Positions 35,748 to 44,792 of a stretch of DNA of 64,000 nucleotides are shown here, one piece after another (position 1 is the first letter of the stretch; the number at the start of each line of letters is the position of its first letter). The stretch is from Aquificaceae bacterium (GTDB lineage Bacteria > Aquificota > Aquificia > Aquificales > Aquificaceae), in the NCBI GenBank assembly GCA_039630345.1, contig JBCNVD010000034.1, forward strand, positions 3,231 through 67,230, in the 5' to 3' direction. The position numbers and the translations under genes are program-made. A model generated the notes under the pieces. The model ran no database searches. It was not told the origin of the DNA and worked only from the letters and a program-made list of their open reading frames with translations.

Positions 35748-36663
35748 GAAAAGTTTTTATTATGTTTGAGCGAATAATGCCGTATGAGCCAAGATAGTAT
35801 CGCAAAAACCTCTCAAGAGCGCTGATTGGCAAAAGGTTTTGAGGAGAGCGCTGGTCCTGAAATGGATTGCTTGACATTAAAGGCAACATATATGTAGAGG
35901 CATTTACGAGTCTATAGAGAGTTTTTCTATCGCAGATAAATACCTCTAACCTGATTAAGTTCTCAAGACCTCCTTCTCTTAGTTTGACATACCAGGAATA
36001 CTTGTAGGGTTTTTCGTCTTTTAGCAAAACAAATATATGCGAGCGCTCGCCCTTTTTTAGCTTTGAGAGAATCTCTGGCTCTACAAAAGCCCTTCGGGAA
36101 TTTTTTATTATCCCTATACAGAAGGTGTTTGATAGATCATAATCCAGAGGCCCATCGCATATTACTATCGAGTCTTGATATTTTGATGATTCTTCAACTG
36201 CCTTTATGGCAGTATTTAACTCACAAAGGCGGAGCTGGTTTGCTATTTCTAAATTTAGATCTTGATTTACGACCCTTGGTTCAAAGCCTGATAGGTGGAT
36301 TTTTTGCTCTAAATCCGCAGGGATTTGCTCAAAGTTTGTAAAGAGATATTTTTTTTGCTCAAAGTAGAAAAGACTGTCTTTTATGAGGTTTATGTTGCCA
36401 TGGCGAACCGCTATAGCCCCCGCGCAAAGGGACACAAAAATGCCATTATAGACTTTTGAGCTATCAGGTCTTTGAAAGGCTATAACAGCCTCGGTTCTCC
36501 TAACCCCGTCTATAAAAAAAACAAACGGAGCAGGTTCCTCTTGAGGTTTGTAACAGCCCGGGGTTTCCTCTAGTTTTACATTAAGCCCTTCTTCTTCAGA
36601 AGGTATAAGCGCCTCTCCAACGCTCCAGTTACTGAGAGAGATATTTATCTCCATGGCTTTCAA
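35740..36663 (-). CDS. Hypothetical protein, possibly NurA-like nuclease fold
   Basis: 'FVFFIDGVRR' and 'IVICDGPL' resemble the two DG(S) acidic motifs of the NurA/RNase-H-like fold. This is a weak recognition. Confidence 0.35.
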   Translation of the reverse strand: MKAMEINISLSNWSVGEALIPSEEEGLNVKLEETPGCYKPQEEPAPFVFFIDGVRRTEAVIAFQRPDSSKVYNGIFVSLCAGAIAVRHGNINLIKDSLFYFEQKKYLFTNFEQIPADLEQKIHLSGFEPRVVNQDLNLEIANQLRLCELNTAIKAVEESSKYQDSIVICDGPLDYDLSNTFCIGIIKNSRRAFVEPEILSKLKKGERSHIFVLLKDEKPYKYSWYVKLREGGLENLIRLEVFICDRKTLYRLVNASTYMLPLMSSNPFQDQRSPQNLLPISALERFLRYYLGSYGIIRSNIIKTFRA

Positions 36664-37636
36664 AAAAGTCTAAGAGCTCTCTCTTTAGTTTATCAATCCC
36701 TTCTAAAGTAAGACACGATATTGCAAAGGTTTTTTTGTCAAAGAGCTCCTCTGCTTTTTTTATGGGGTTTTTGTCCTCTATAAGGTCTATTTTGTTGAGC
36801 ACTATAAAGTAGGGTTTTGTCAGTAGCTTTGGATTGTAAGCTTTCATTTGAGACCTTAGCAATTTAAACTCCTCCAGGGCTATCTCCGGCTTTCCATGTG
36901 AGAAGTCAATAACATGCAGGAGGATTTTGCATCTTTCTATGTGCCTTAGGAACTGATGACCAAGACCCTTTCCCATCTCGGCACCTTTTATAAGCCCGGG
37001 GATATCTGCTATGGTTATCCTGATAGTATCCCCAAATAGAGTGCCCAGGTTTGGTGATTTGGTGCTAAATGGATAGGGTGCTATCTCCGGGTTTGCATTC
37101 GTGAGAGCTTTTAAAAGGCTTGATTTTCCCGCGTTTGGTATCCCAACCAATCCAACATCTGCAACGCTTTTAAGCTCAAGAATAAGGGTTTTTAACTCGC
37201 CTTTTTGACCTCTCTGGGCAATTCTTGGGGCTCTGTTTGTTGAAGAGGCAAATCTGGCATTGCCTTTTCCGCCTTTTCCGCCCCTTGCGACTATAAAAGA
37301 CTCCCCTTCTTTACTCAGATCCGCTATTTGCTCTTTTTTTATAGCGTCAAAAACTACAGTTCCCAAAGGCACCTCAATTATGAGGTCTTTTCCATCTTTT
37401 CCTGCTCTGTTTTTGCCAGAGCCGTTTTCGCCTCTCTGGGCTTTAAAATACCTCTGGACTTTTAAATCATACAGAGTGGTTTTTCTAGCGGTTGATAGCA
37501 GTATAACATCACCTCCCTTTCCTCCATCCCCTCCTGCAGGTCCTCCAAAAGGTCTATATTTCTCCCTTAAAAAAGCCACTGCCCCATCTCCTCCGTCTCC
37601 TGCTTTTACCACTATTTTTACCCTGTCTACAAACAC
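36629..37636 (-). CDS. obg: GTPase Obg/CgtA
   Basis: 'FVDRVKIVVKAGDGGDGAVAFLREKY..GGPAGGDGGKGGDV' Obg fold. G1 'GIPNAGKSS', G3 'DIPG', G4 'NKID'. I chose the GTG at 37636 (gives MFVDR...). The ORF is open to the TTG at 37675. Confidence 0.85.
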   Translation of the reverse strand: MFVDRVKIVVKAGDGGDGAVAFLREKYRPFGGPAGGDGGKGGDVILLSTARKTTLYDLKVQRYFKAQRGENGSGKNRAGKDGKDLIIEVPLGTVVFDAIKKEQIADLSKEGESFIVARGGKGGKGNARFASSTNRAPRIAQRGQKGELKTLILELKSVADVGLVGIPNAGKSSLLKALTNANPEIAPYPFSTKSPNLGTLFGDTIRITIADIPGLIKGAEMGKGLGHQFLRHIERCKILLHVIDFSHGKPEIALEEFKLLRSQMKAYNPKLLTKPYFIVLNKIDLIEDKNPIKKAEELFDKKTFAISCLTLEGIDKLKRELLDFFESHGDKYLSQ

Positions 37637-37707
37637 CCTGACTTTGATCCAATATTTTAGTGGTCTTAAAATCAAAAATGGTTCATTTAGTGTATGATAA
37701 TAAACCT

Positions 37708-38208
37708 ATGCGCACCTTTATAGGTTTAATAATGGCGGCTTTTGCCTTTGCAAGCAACCCCGATATAGTCGCAACTGCCCTCCAATTTACACAGCGCACC
37801 AAATACGGCTTTGGCTCAAGTAGCGTTGAAAGAATGGATTGCTCTGCCTTTGTCAAGAGGGTTTTTTCGCTCCATGGAATTAACCTGCCAAGGACTTCTA
37901 TAGAGCAATCCAGAGTAGGCAGACCGGTTTCCTTAAGCGAGCTAAAACCGGGTGACCTTCTTTTCTTCTCAACTTATAGACCTGGCCCTTCTCATGTTGG
38001 AATTTACATAGGCAATGGCAAGATGGTTCACTCTTCCAGCAGGGGCAATGGGGTCATAATCAGCGACCTTAGTGAACCTTACTGGAGCTCAAGATATCTA
38101 TTTGCCAGAAGGGTTGAAGGCAACATAGGACTATCCCAGAATCCAAAGCCATTGCCCATAGACCACAGCGACGAAATAGGCGATCTTATACTTATTCTTA
38201 TTCGCTAA
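37708..38208 (+). CDS. NlpC/P60 family peptidoglycan hydrolase
   Basis: Signal peptide '[15 protein letters not shown]'. Catalytic '[11 protein letters not shown]' and '[15 protein letters not shown]'. Confidence 0.8.
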   Translation: MRTFIGLIMAAFAFASNPDIVATALQFTQRTKYGFGSSSVERMDCSAFVKRVFSLHGINLPRTSIEQSRVGRPVSLSELKPGDLLFFSTYRPGPSHVGIYIGNGKMVHSSSRGNGVIISDLSEPYWSSRYLFARRVEGNIGLSQNPKPLPIDHSDEIGDLILILIR

Positions 38209-38214
38209 ATCAAT

Positions 38215-38967
38215 TTGCTTGCAAAGCGGATAATCCCGTGTCTTGATGTTGATGCAGGGAGGGTTGTAAAAGGTATAAGGTTTAAAAACCTCAAAGACGC
38301 GGGAGACCCTGTGGAGGTCGCAAGAGAATATCAGCGCCAGGGCGCTGATGAGCTTGTGTTTCTTGATATCACTGCCTCCAGCCAGAGTCGTTCAACAGCC
38401 ATAGAGCTCGTCAAAAGAGTTGCCAGAGAGGTCTTTATCCCTTTTAGTGTAGGGGGAGGTATAAAAACCCCAGATAACGCAAGAGCGCTCCTTGAGGCAG
38501 GAGCCGATAAGGTTTGCATAAATACCTCCGCGGTGCAAAACCCGGAGCTTATTTCAAAACTTGCCTATGAATTTGGCTCTCAGTGCGTGGTGGTTGCTGT
38601 GGATGTTAAGCGCAAAGGAGATTCATGGCGGGTTTACATAAAGGGCGGGAAGGTAGAGACAGAGTTAGATGCCCTTGAGTGGCTTAGGCAAGTTCAGGAC
38701 CTTGGGGCAGGAGAGGTTTTGCTAACTTCCATGGATAAAGACGGCACAAAACTTGGTTATGATGAAGAGCTTCTAAGGGCCTGCTCTTTTTTAAAAATTC
38801 CCCTTATAGCCTCCGGCGGTGCAGGTCAGATGGAGCATTTCTTCAGGGCTTTCAGTCTCGGAGCTGACGCCTGTCTTGCGGCTTCAATCTTCCACTTTGG
38901 CGAAATCAAAATCCCAGAGCTAAAACTCTACCTTAAACAAAGAGGACTTAATGTAAGAATTTCATAA
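38215..38967 (+). CDS. hisF: Imidazole glycerol phosphate synthase cyclase subunit
   Basis: TTG start. 'KRIIPCLDV', '[13 protein letters not shown]', 'ASGGAG'. Confidence 0.9.
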   Translation: MLAKRIIPCLDVDAGRVVKGIRFKNLKDAGDPVEVAREYQRQGADELVFLDITASSQSRSTAIELVKRVAREVFIPFSVGGGIKTPDNARALLEAGADKVCINTSAVQNPELISKLAYEFGSQCVVVAVDVKRKGDSWRVYIKGGKVETELDALEWLRQVQDLGAGEVLLTSMDKDGTKLGYDEELLRACSFLKIPLIASGGAGQMEHFFRAFSLGADACLAASIFHFGEIKIPELKLYLKQRGLNVRIS

Positions 38968-38968
38968 A

Positions 38969-38997
38969 GCGCGCGCTAAAGCGCGCAGATTTTATTT
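38969..38997 (+). terminator. Intrinsic terminator after hisF
   Basis: 'gcgcgcgc-taaa-gcgcgc' followed by 'agattttattt'. Confidence 0.55.
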
Positions 38998-40200
38998 AAG
39001 CTCTACCCCATAATAAAGCCTGTAAACCTCTCTTCCGGGGCTTGATAAAGAGCTCGCTCCCTCAATCACTATGGCTAAATTGCCTGATTTTATCTCTTTT
39101 TGATTATCTTTCAGGATATTCTTTATATTATCAAGGCTAACGCCATGGTCTTCACAGGTATCTGCTGGCAAAATAAGTCTCTGTTTCGCCTCTGGGCTTC
39201 CTATGGTTAAATATAAAGACCTCATGGGCTCAATCTCTGTTTCCAGACTTGCCTGCAACCTGCCACTTAATAAGAGCTCTTTATCGGTTTTTTGAACCAT
39301 AAAAACAGGCTGACATATCCTAAAGTCTATATTAAATTTCTTAAAATCATCCACAAGAAGAACTATCAAACCACCCTTTTCGTAAATTATTACCTCGTCT
39401 TTTATTACCTTTGGGTCAGTTTTTAAAACCCCTCTTATGCTTGGCGAATAGGGTCTAACGGCGTGTTTTATGGGGTTTTTGTTAACCTCAAGAGAAGACC
39501 TTAAAACTCTCCAGCCTATAAAACCAAATTCAATCTCTTCAGAGTTTAGGCAAAGTTCTTGCGCCATCAGGCGAACTTGCTTTATAAATAAGAGCTCTTC
39601 TCTGCTACCGGGTGGTCTCTCCTTTTGAGAAAGGAGGTCTTTATATGAGTCTTCTCCTTTTTGCTTGAATAGTCCAAAGACGCAGCCGCAATAGTCTTGA
39701 TGATATAGCTGCATGCTCTTTGAGAGCTTAACCATCTCCTGAGAGCCACCGCCTTTTCTGTAATCAATAGCCAGAAATTCAATTCCAAAGAGTTTTGAAG
39801 AGATTTCCCCGCTTTTTCTAACTGTCTCAAGGTCTTTTTTGGGGCTCATCATAAGAGTTGAGGTCAGATGTGTTGCCCCAATGCTTTTTGCAAACTCTGC
39901 GCTCTTTTTGAGCCGAAAGTCAAAACAGACCCTGCATCTTTCACCTCTTTCTGGTTCCTGTTCAAGACCTTTGACAGCACTTAGCCAGTTTTCAACATCA
40001 TACTCACCCTCGTAGAGCTCTATGCCAAGGCTTTTACAAGCCCTTTTGGTCTCTACTAGTCTGAGCTCATACTCTTCATAAGGGTGGATATTAGGATCAT
40101 AGAAAAACCCGACTATTTGAGCACTGGGATAGTCTTCTCTCAGCCTCTTTAGAAAGTAAACCGCATCAGGAGCACAGCATATATGGACTGCTATTTTCAT
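38992..40200 (-). CDS. queH: Epoxyqueuosine reductase QueH (DUF208) with a C-terminal extension of about 200 aa and unknown function
   Basis: N-terminal ~185 aa: 'HICCAPDAVYF', 'FFYDPNIHPYEEY', 'GERCRVCFDFRL', 'YHQDYCGCVFG'. Residues ~190-402 have no family I recognise. Confidence 0.7.
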   Translation of the reverse strand: MKIAVHICCAPDAVYFLKRLREDYPSAQIVGFFYDPNIHPYEEYELRLVETKRACKSLGIELYEGEYDVENWLSAVKGLEQEPERGERCRVCFDFRLKKSAEFAKSIGATHLTSTLMMSPKKDLETVRKSGEISSKLFGIEFLAIDYRKGGGSQEMVKLSKSMQLYHQDYCGCVFGLFKQKGEDSYKDLLSQKERPPGSREELLFIKQVRLMAQELCLNSEEIEFGFIGWRVLRSSLEVNKNPIKHAVRPYSPSIRGVLKTDPKVIKDEVIIYEKGGLIVLLVDDFKKFNIDFRICQPVFMVQKTDKELLLSGRLQASLETEIEPMRSLYLTIGSPEAKQRLILPADTCEDHGVSLDNIKNILKDNQKEIKSGNLAIVIEGASSLSSPGREVYRLYYGVELK

Positions 40201-41421
40201 TTACTTTATACCCTTGACATATTGTTCCCAGTTTTGAGCGTTAAATGGCGATAGCTCTCTGAGGGTTTTTACCGTCTTTGGAAACTCTTCAAGGACATAG
40301 TCTATATCCTCTTGAGTGTTGTCTCTTCCGAGGCTAAAAACTATAGAACCGTTAGCAACCTCTTTGGCAACTCCTATTGCAAAGAGCACGTGGGATTGTT
40401 TTAAAGCCAGCGAAACGCAGGCAGAGCCAGAAGCGGTTTCAATGCCCATAAGGTCAAGTCTTAGGAGCATCGCTTCGCCCTCTATTAAGTGAACAATCAA
40501 AGAAAGATGATGCGCAAGCCTCTGGGTTGGATGACCCGTAAATTCAATCATCTCAAGGCGCTCACTTAGACCTTTTCTTAGCCTATCTCTCATGCTTGAG
40601 AGTCTCTGGATTCTATCTGGTAATTCGCTAATAGCCAGCTCGCAGGCTTTACCAAATCCAACTATCCCCGGCACATTTTCTGTCCCTGCTCTTACGCCCC
40701 TTTCCTGGGTTCCTCCTTCTATTAAAGGCTTTATTTTTATACCTTTCTTAGTCCATAGAGCTCCAACGCCTTTGGGTCCATACATCAAATGCGCGGTAAA
40801 TGAAGCGCAGTCAACCCCCATCCGTTTTAAGTCAACCTCTGAATGCCCTAAACTTGCACAGGCGTCTGTATGGAATATAACTTTCGGATTTTTATCCTTG
40901 GCAGCTTCAACCAGAGATTTAATATCCTGAATTGTCCCTATCTCTCTGTTTGAGTGCCCTATTGATACAAGAACCGTATCTTCCCTTATAGCTTCTTTAA
41001 CCTGCTCCGGGGTTATTATTCCGTATTTATCTGGTTTTATGTAGGTAACTTCCCAGCCTTTTCTTTCCAGACTCTTCAAAGGGTGCAATATAGAGTGGTG
41101 TTCTATATGAGAGCTCACTATGTGTTTGCCTCTCTTTTCATAAGCTTCGCATATGCCTTTGATTGCCATGTTGTTGGCTTCTATCCCGCCTGAGGTGAAG
41201 ATAAACTCTTCCGGGCTATTGGCATTTGTCAGCTTTGCCAGTGATTCTCTTGCCCTGTTTATGGCTTTTTTGGCTTCCTGTCCAAAGCTATGCAAAGATG
41301 TCGGATTGCCAAATTTCTCTGTAAAGAAAGGCATCATAGCCTCTAAAACTTCCTTTGCAACTGGTGTAGTTGCTATATGGTCAAGGTAAACAACCCTGCT
41401 TCCAGCTTTTTTTGCAAACAT
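40201..41421 (-). CDS. NifS/IscS-like class V aminotransferase lacking the PLP-binding lysine
   Basis: 'TSGGIEANNMAIKG', 'HTDACASLG', active-site loop 'SGSACVS' present. The canonical 'S.HK.YGPKG' reads 'FTAHLMYGPKG' (codon TTG at 40786-40788 on the minus strand). Confidence 0.8.
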   Translation of the reverse strand: MFAKKAGSRVVYLDHIATTPVAKEVLEAMMPFFTEKFGNPTSLHSFGQEAKKAINRARESLAKLTNANSPEEFIFTSGGIEANNMAIKGICEAYEKRGKHIVSSHIEHHSILHPLKSLERKGWEVTYIKPDKYGIITPEQVKEAIREDTVLVSIGHSNREIGTIQDIKSLVEAAKDKNPKVIFHTDACASLGHSEVDLKRMGVDCASFTAHLMYGPKGVGALWTKKGIKIKPLIEGGTQERGVRAGTENVPGIVGFGKACELAISELPDRIQRLSSMRDRLRKGLSERLEMIEFTGHPTQRLAHHLSLIVHLIEGEAMLLRLDLMGIETASGSACVSLALKQSHVLFAIGVAKEVANGSIVFSLGRDNTQEDIDYVLEEFPKTVKTLRELSPFNAQNWEQYVKGIK

Positions 41422-42459
41422 TCAGGCATTCCTCCTTTTTAATTGCTCGTTTATAACCTGTGCCAGTGCCATAAAAGCCCTTGCACTTTCTGAGTCTTCA
41501 AGAGCGACTGGCCTTCCGCTATCGGAAGCGTTACATAGCTGTGGGTCTATGGGTATAGAACCAAGCACTTTGAGCTCGTAAGTTAGAGCAAACTCCGCTA
41601 CCTTACCCTTACCAAATATGTAGTACTTTTGATTGCTTTCAGGACAGGTAAAGTAAGCCATATTTTCCACGACCCCAATTATGGGGATATTAACCTCTTT
41701 AAACATAGCAACTGCTTTTCTAACATCCGCGAGCGCAAGGTCTTGAGGGGTCGTAACTATTATTGCGCCATCTATCTTCACATTCTGAGCAAGGGTAAGC
41801 TGGACATCTCCGGTTCCCGGCGGCAAATCAAGAACCAAAAAGTCAAGCTCGCCCCACTCTACATCAAAGAGAAACTGAGTAAGAGCTCTCATAAGCATAG
41901 GACCCCGCCATATAACAGGCGTATCCTCAGAAGGCAGCAAAAACCCGATTGATAAAACCTTAAGCCCATAAGCCTCTAAAGGTATTAGTCTGTTTTTTTC
42001 GCTTATGTGGACCCTCTCGTTTTTTAGTCCAACAAGCGTTGGGATACTTGGACCATATATATCCGAGTCAAGGAGTCCAACTCTGTTTCCAAGTCTTGAT
42101 AAAGCTACCGCTATATTTGTAGCCACTGTGGACTTTCCGACTCCCCCTTTGCCGCTCGCGACTGCTATTAGCCTTTGAATTCCTGGAACAGATCGTCTTG
42201 AAAAAACAGGCGATGCCATAACTGGCTGAGCTCTAACCTCTTGGTCTGAGAACCTTATGTTTACCTCCTTTACCTCGGGCAGGTTTTTAAGAACATTTTT
42301 AGTAGCGTCACTTACGCTAATTCCATCTACCCCTGCTGGCAAATTGTAGACAATTTCTACCTTTCCAGAAACTATTTTTACATCCTTGACTAGCTCTGAT
42401 AGTCTCTTCTCTCCTATAGTCGTTTGACTAAGAGCGTCTATGATGTCTTTGACCGCCAT
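41422..42459 (-). CDS. apbC: Mrp/ApbC/NBP35 Fe-S cluster carrier ATPase
   Basis: Start at the ATG at 42459 with SD 'caggagga'. N-terminal DUF59-like domain, deviant Walker A 'SGKGGVGKST', 'CP' motif region. Confidence 0.85.
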   Translation of the reverse strand: MAVKDIIDALSQTTIGEKRLSELVKDVKIVSGKVEIVYNLPAGVDGISVSDATKNVLKNLPEVKEVNIRFSDQEVRAQPVMASPVFSRRSVPGIQRLIAVASGKGGVGKSTVATNIAVALSRLGNRVGLLDSDIYGPSIPTLVGLKNERVHISEKNRLIPLEAYGLKVLSIGFLLPSEDTPVIWRGPMLMRALTQFLFDVEWGELDFLVLDLPPGTGDVQLTLAQNVKIDGAIIVTTPQDLALADVRKAVAMFKEVNIPIIGVVENMAYFTCPESNQKYYIFGKGKVAEFALTYELKVLGSIPIDPQLCNASDSGRPVALEDSESARAFMALAQVINEQLKRRNA

Positions 42460-42537
42460 CGTTATCCTCCTGATAAAGAGAATATAATTTTCATACAATA
42501 TCGTTGCGATGAGAATTATCAGAGAGAGGTTAGGGAC

Positions 42538-43398
42538 ATGAACTATATGCCACAGGTTATGAGTTATCTTGGTTCTACCGAGGACATAACTGAACTTTAC
42601 ATAACCCCAAAAGCTTACATAACAGAAAAGCGTGACGGCAAGCTTATTCGCGTATCTGATACCCCTCTTACGCCAGAAGATGTGCGTGACACTCTGGTTG
42701 CTTTAAGAAGCCACGCTTCTTCTGTGATGGGGCCTCTTGGTAAAGAGGGCGTTTTCTCCTTCGGTGTTCAAAATATCGGAAGGTTTAGAGTAAATTACAT
42801 AACTCAGCGCGGTAGCTATGTTATTCATCTAACCAAAACCCCATTTAAAATACCGGAACTCGACCAAATATGCACAGATAAAGAGGCGATCAAACAACTA
42901 GACGAGCTATTTCGTCTCCACAAAGGTGGTGGAATAGTGGTTTTTTTTGGCAAAACACATATAAGAGCTAGTACTCTGATTTACTCCTTGCTCCAGCATG
43001 TCTGTAATAGCTATAATAAGGTTATTTTTATAATAGAAAAACCTCTTTCTTTCCTCCTCAAGCATGGGCTTTCCTTGGTCATCCAAATGGAAGTTGGGGT
43101 AGATGTTAACAACTTTGAAGACGGTATAAATGACGCTTTGCATATGTCTCCTGATATTTTATATCTTGGTTACCGTGAAGTTGGTTTCCGTCAGCAAGCT
43201 GACATAATAGCCGGCATCGCAGATGCTGGCACATTGGTTTTAATAAACTATCCAAACGCAGAGGAGGATATAGTTCTAAGACACTTTGGTGATTATGTTC
43301 ATCATGTTAAGGCTTTCGTCTCTATAGAGCCATCAGAAGCTGGTACCATGAATGTAACTATTAAAAACACAAAGTATATGGAGCGCGGAAACCGTTAA
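42538..43398 (+). CDS. PilT/GspE-like protein with degenerate nucleotide-binding motifs
   Basis: Start at the ATG at 42538. 'ELYITPKAYITEKRDGKL...LTPEDVRDTL' resembles the PilT N-domain. The Walker A position reads 'VVFFGKTHIRASTL' instead of GxxGSGKS/T. Confidence 0.5.
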   Translation: MNYMPQVMSYLGSTEDITELYITPKAYITEKRDGKLIRVSDTPLTPEDVRDTLVALRSHASSVMGPLGKEGVFSFGVQNIGRFRVNYITQRGSYVIHLTKTPFKIPELDQICTDKEAIKQLDELFRLHKGGGIVVFFGKTHIRASTLIYSLLQHVCNSYNKVIFIIEKPLSFLLKHGLSLVIQMEVGVDVNNFEDGINDALHMSPDILYLGYREVGFRQQADIIAGIADAGTLVLINYPNAEEDIVLRHFGDYVHHVKAFVSIEPSEAGTMNVTIKNTKYMERGNR

Positions 43399-44527
43399 AG
43401 TTCGAGGCATAAACTGTAGTATATGCCCCCGCGGACAGGATAATAATTCTGTCTCCGACCTCTGGCTCCGGCAAGGCTACTTTTCTGGCAACTACATCAA
43501 CGCTATCACAGGAAACCCCTCCTACTGTCCATTCTTTTAAAGGACCTTCTCTGTCTATAAAAAATCCGTATCTAATACCCCCTATTGCCTCTGCAAGCCC
43601 GTTAAAGACACCAGCATCTATGTAAAGCCAATTTTCCTCACCTCTTTTTGCTTTCCCTATGACGCTGCAAACCATAATCCCTTGATCTCCAACTATGCCT
43701 CTCCCTGGTTCTATCTGGAGTTCTGCCGGCTGAACCTGCAAAAACTTCTTTAAAAGTCCTTGGATGTATCTTGCAATTTCTTCAATTTCAAGAGATCTGT
43801 ATGTATATTCAACCGGCAGTCCGCCCCCTACATTCAGCATTCTTAGTTTTATACCGCTATTTCGCGCAAGCTCCCAAAGCTCGCTAACTCTTTTAATGCC
43901 TATGAGCCAGTTTCTTAAATTGTTGCATTGTGAACCCACATGAAAGGTTATTCCGTATGGTATCAGGCCTAATTGTCTACTTAGTTCAAGTATTGAAAGC
44001 GCGTTTTCCACGTCTGTTCCAAATTTCTTGGCAAGTGGCCAGTCGCTACCTTCATTTGGTACAGATAGTCTTACATAAACTCTTGACCTTGGAGCCAAAC
44101 GCGCAAGCTTTTGTACTTCTGTTTCTGAATCAACAACAAACCTGTTAAGCCCCATTTCATAAGCTCTTTTAATAAAATCAGGTGGTTTAACGGGATTGCT
44201 GGAGATTATTTTTGATATCTCTCCGCCAGCTTCAATAACACTCTCGAGCTCTCTGATGGACGCTACTTCAAATCCAGCTCCTAACCTTACCAGAGATTTT
44301 AAAACTTCTATGTCATCATTTGCCTTCACTGCATAAAATACCTCAAAGCCTTTGAAACTATCTCTAACTGCTTTGAATCTGTTTTGTATTCCTCCCAGAT
44401 CCATTATCAAAAATGGCGTTTCTTTTTTGTAAAGAGCTTCTATAACCTCTGGTTTTTTTGAAACAAAAGAATAAAATTGCCTTTTTGCGAGTTCAAATTG
44501 AGACCTCAGCGGGTCCACTTCATTCAT
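43361..44527 (-). CDS. Group IV (alanine-racemase-fold) PLP-dependent decarboxylase (Orn/Arg/Lys/DAP family)
   Basis: 'FYAVKAN' PLP-lysine motif, 'FHVGSQ', 'NVGGG', 'EPGR', 'GAY'. Confidence 0.8.
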   Translation of the reverse strand: MNEVDPLRSQFELAKRQFYSFVSKKPEVIEALYKKETPFLIMDLGGIQNRFKAVRDSFKGFEVFYAVKANDDIEVLKSLVRLGAGFEVASIRELESVIEAGGEISKIISSNPVKPPDFIKRAYEMGLNRFVVDSETEVQKLARLAPRSRVYVRLSVPNEGSDWPLAKKFGTDVENALSILELSRQLGLIPYGITFHVGSQCNNLRNWLIGIKRVSELWELARNSGIKLRMLNVGGGLPVEYTYRSLEIEEIARYIQGLLKKFLQVQPAELQIEPGRGIVGDQGIMVCSVIGKAKRGEENWLYIDAGVFNGLAEAIGGIRYGFFIDREGPLKEWTVGGVSCDSVDVVARKVALPEPEVGDRIIILSAGAYTTVYASNFNGFRAPYTLCF

Positions 44528-44792
44528 AGCTTACAAGTTCTTTCTTGTAATAATCTACTATAACTCTTCTAACTTCTTGCATAAGCTCTTTATCTTTTAA
44601 TTCTATAGCTTCGATCTCGGATTTTTGAGATAGCAATGGCATCTTTATAAAAAGTCCGCCAAAGCGCGAGCGAAACAATCTTATTCCTCTTATTACCATC
44701 ATTTTATTAACTTCCACCTCTGCATATCCAACCAGCCTGGTGCCATAATCTGATACCTCAAAAGGATAAAACCTTATCAGGGATACTTTCAT
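44520..44792 (-). CDS. spoVG: SpoVG family protein
   Basis: 'GYAEVEVNKMMVIRGIRLFRSRFGGLFIKMP' resembles the SpoVG core (..a.v.ld..f.i..irv......glfv.MP). Confidence 0.6.
   Translation of the reverse strand: MKVSLIRFYPFEVSDYGTRLVGYAEVEVNKMMVIRGIRLFRSRFGGLFIKMPLLSQKSEIEAIELKDKELMQEVRRVIVDYYKKELVSYE

Noticed and set aside
37260-37697. 145-aa Pro/Ser-rich ORF
   Set aside because: It is antisense to the Gly-rich Obg fold region (GGx repeats read as PPx/SPx on the other strand), so it is a shadow ORF.
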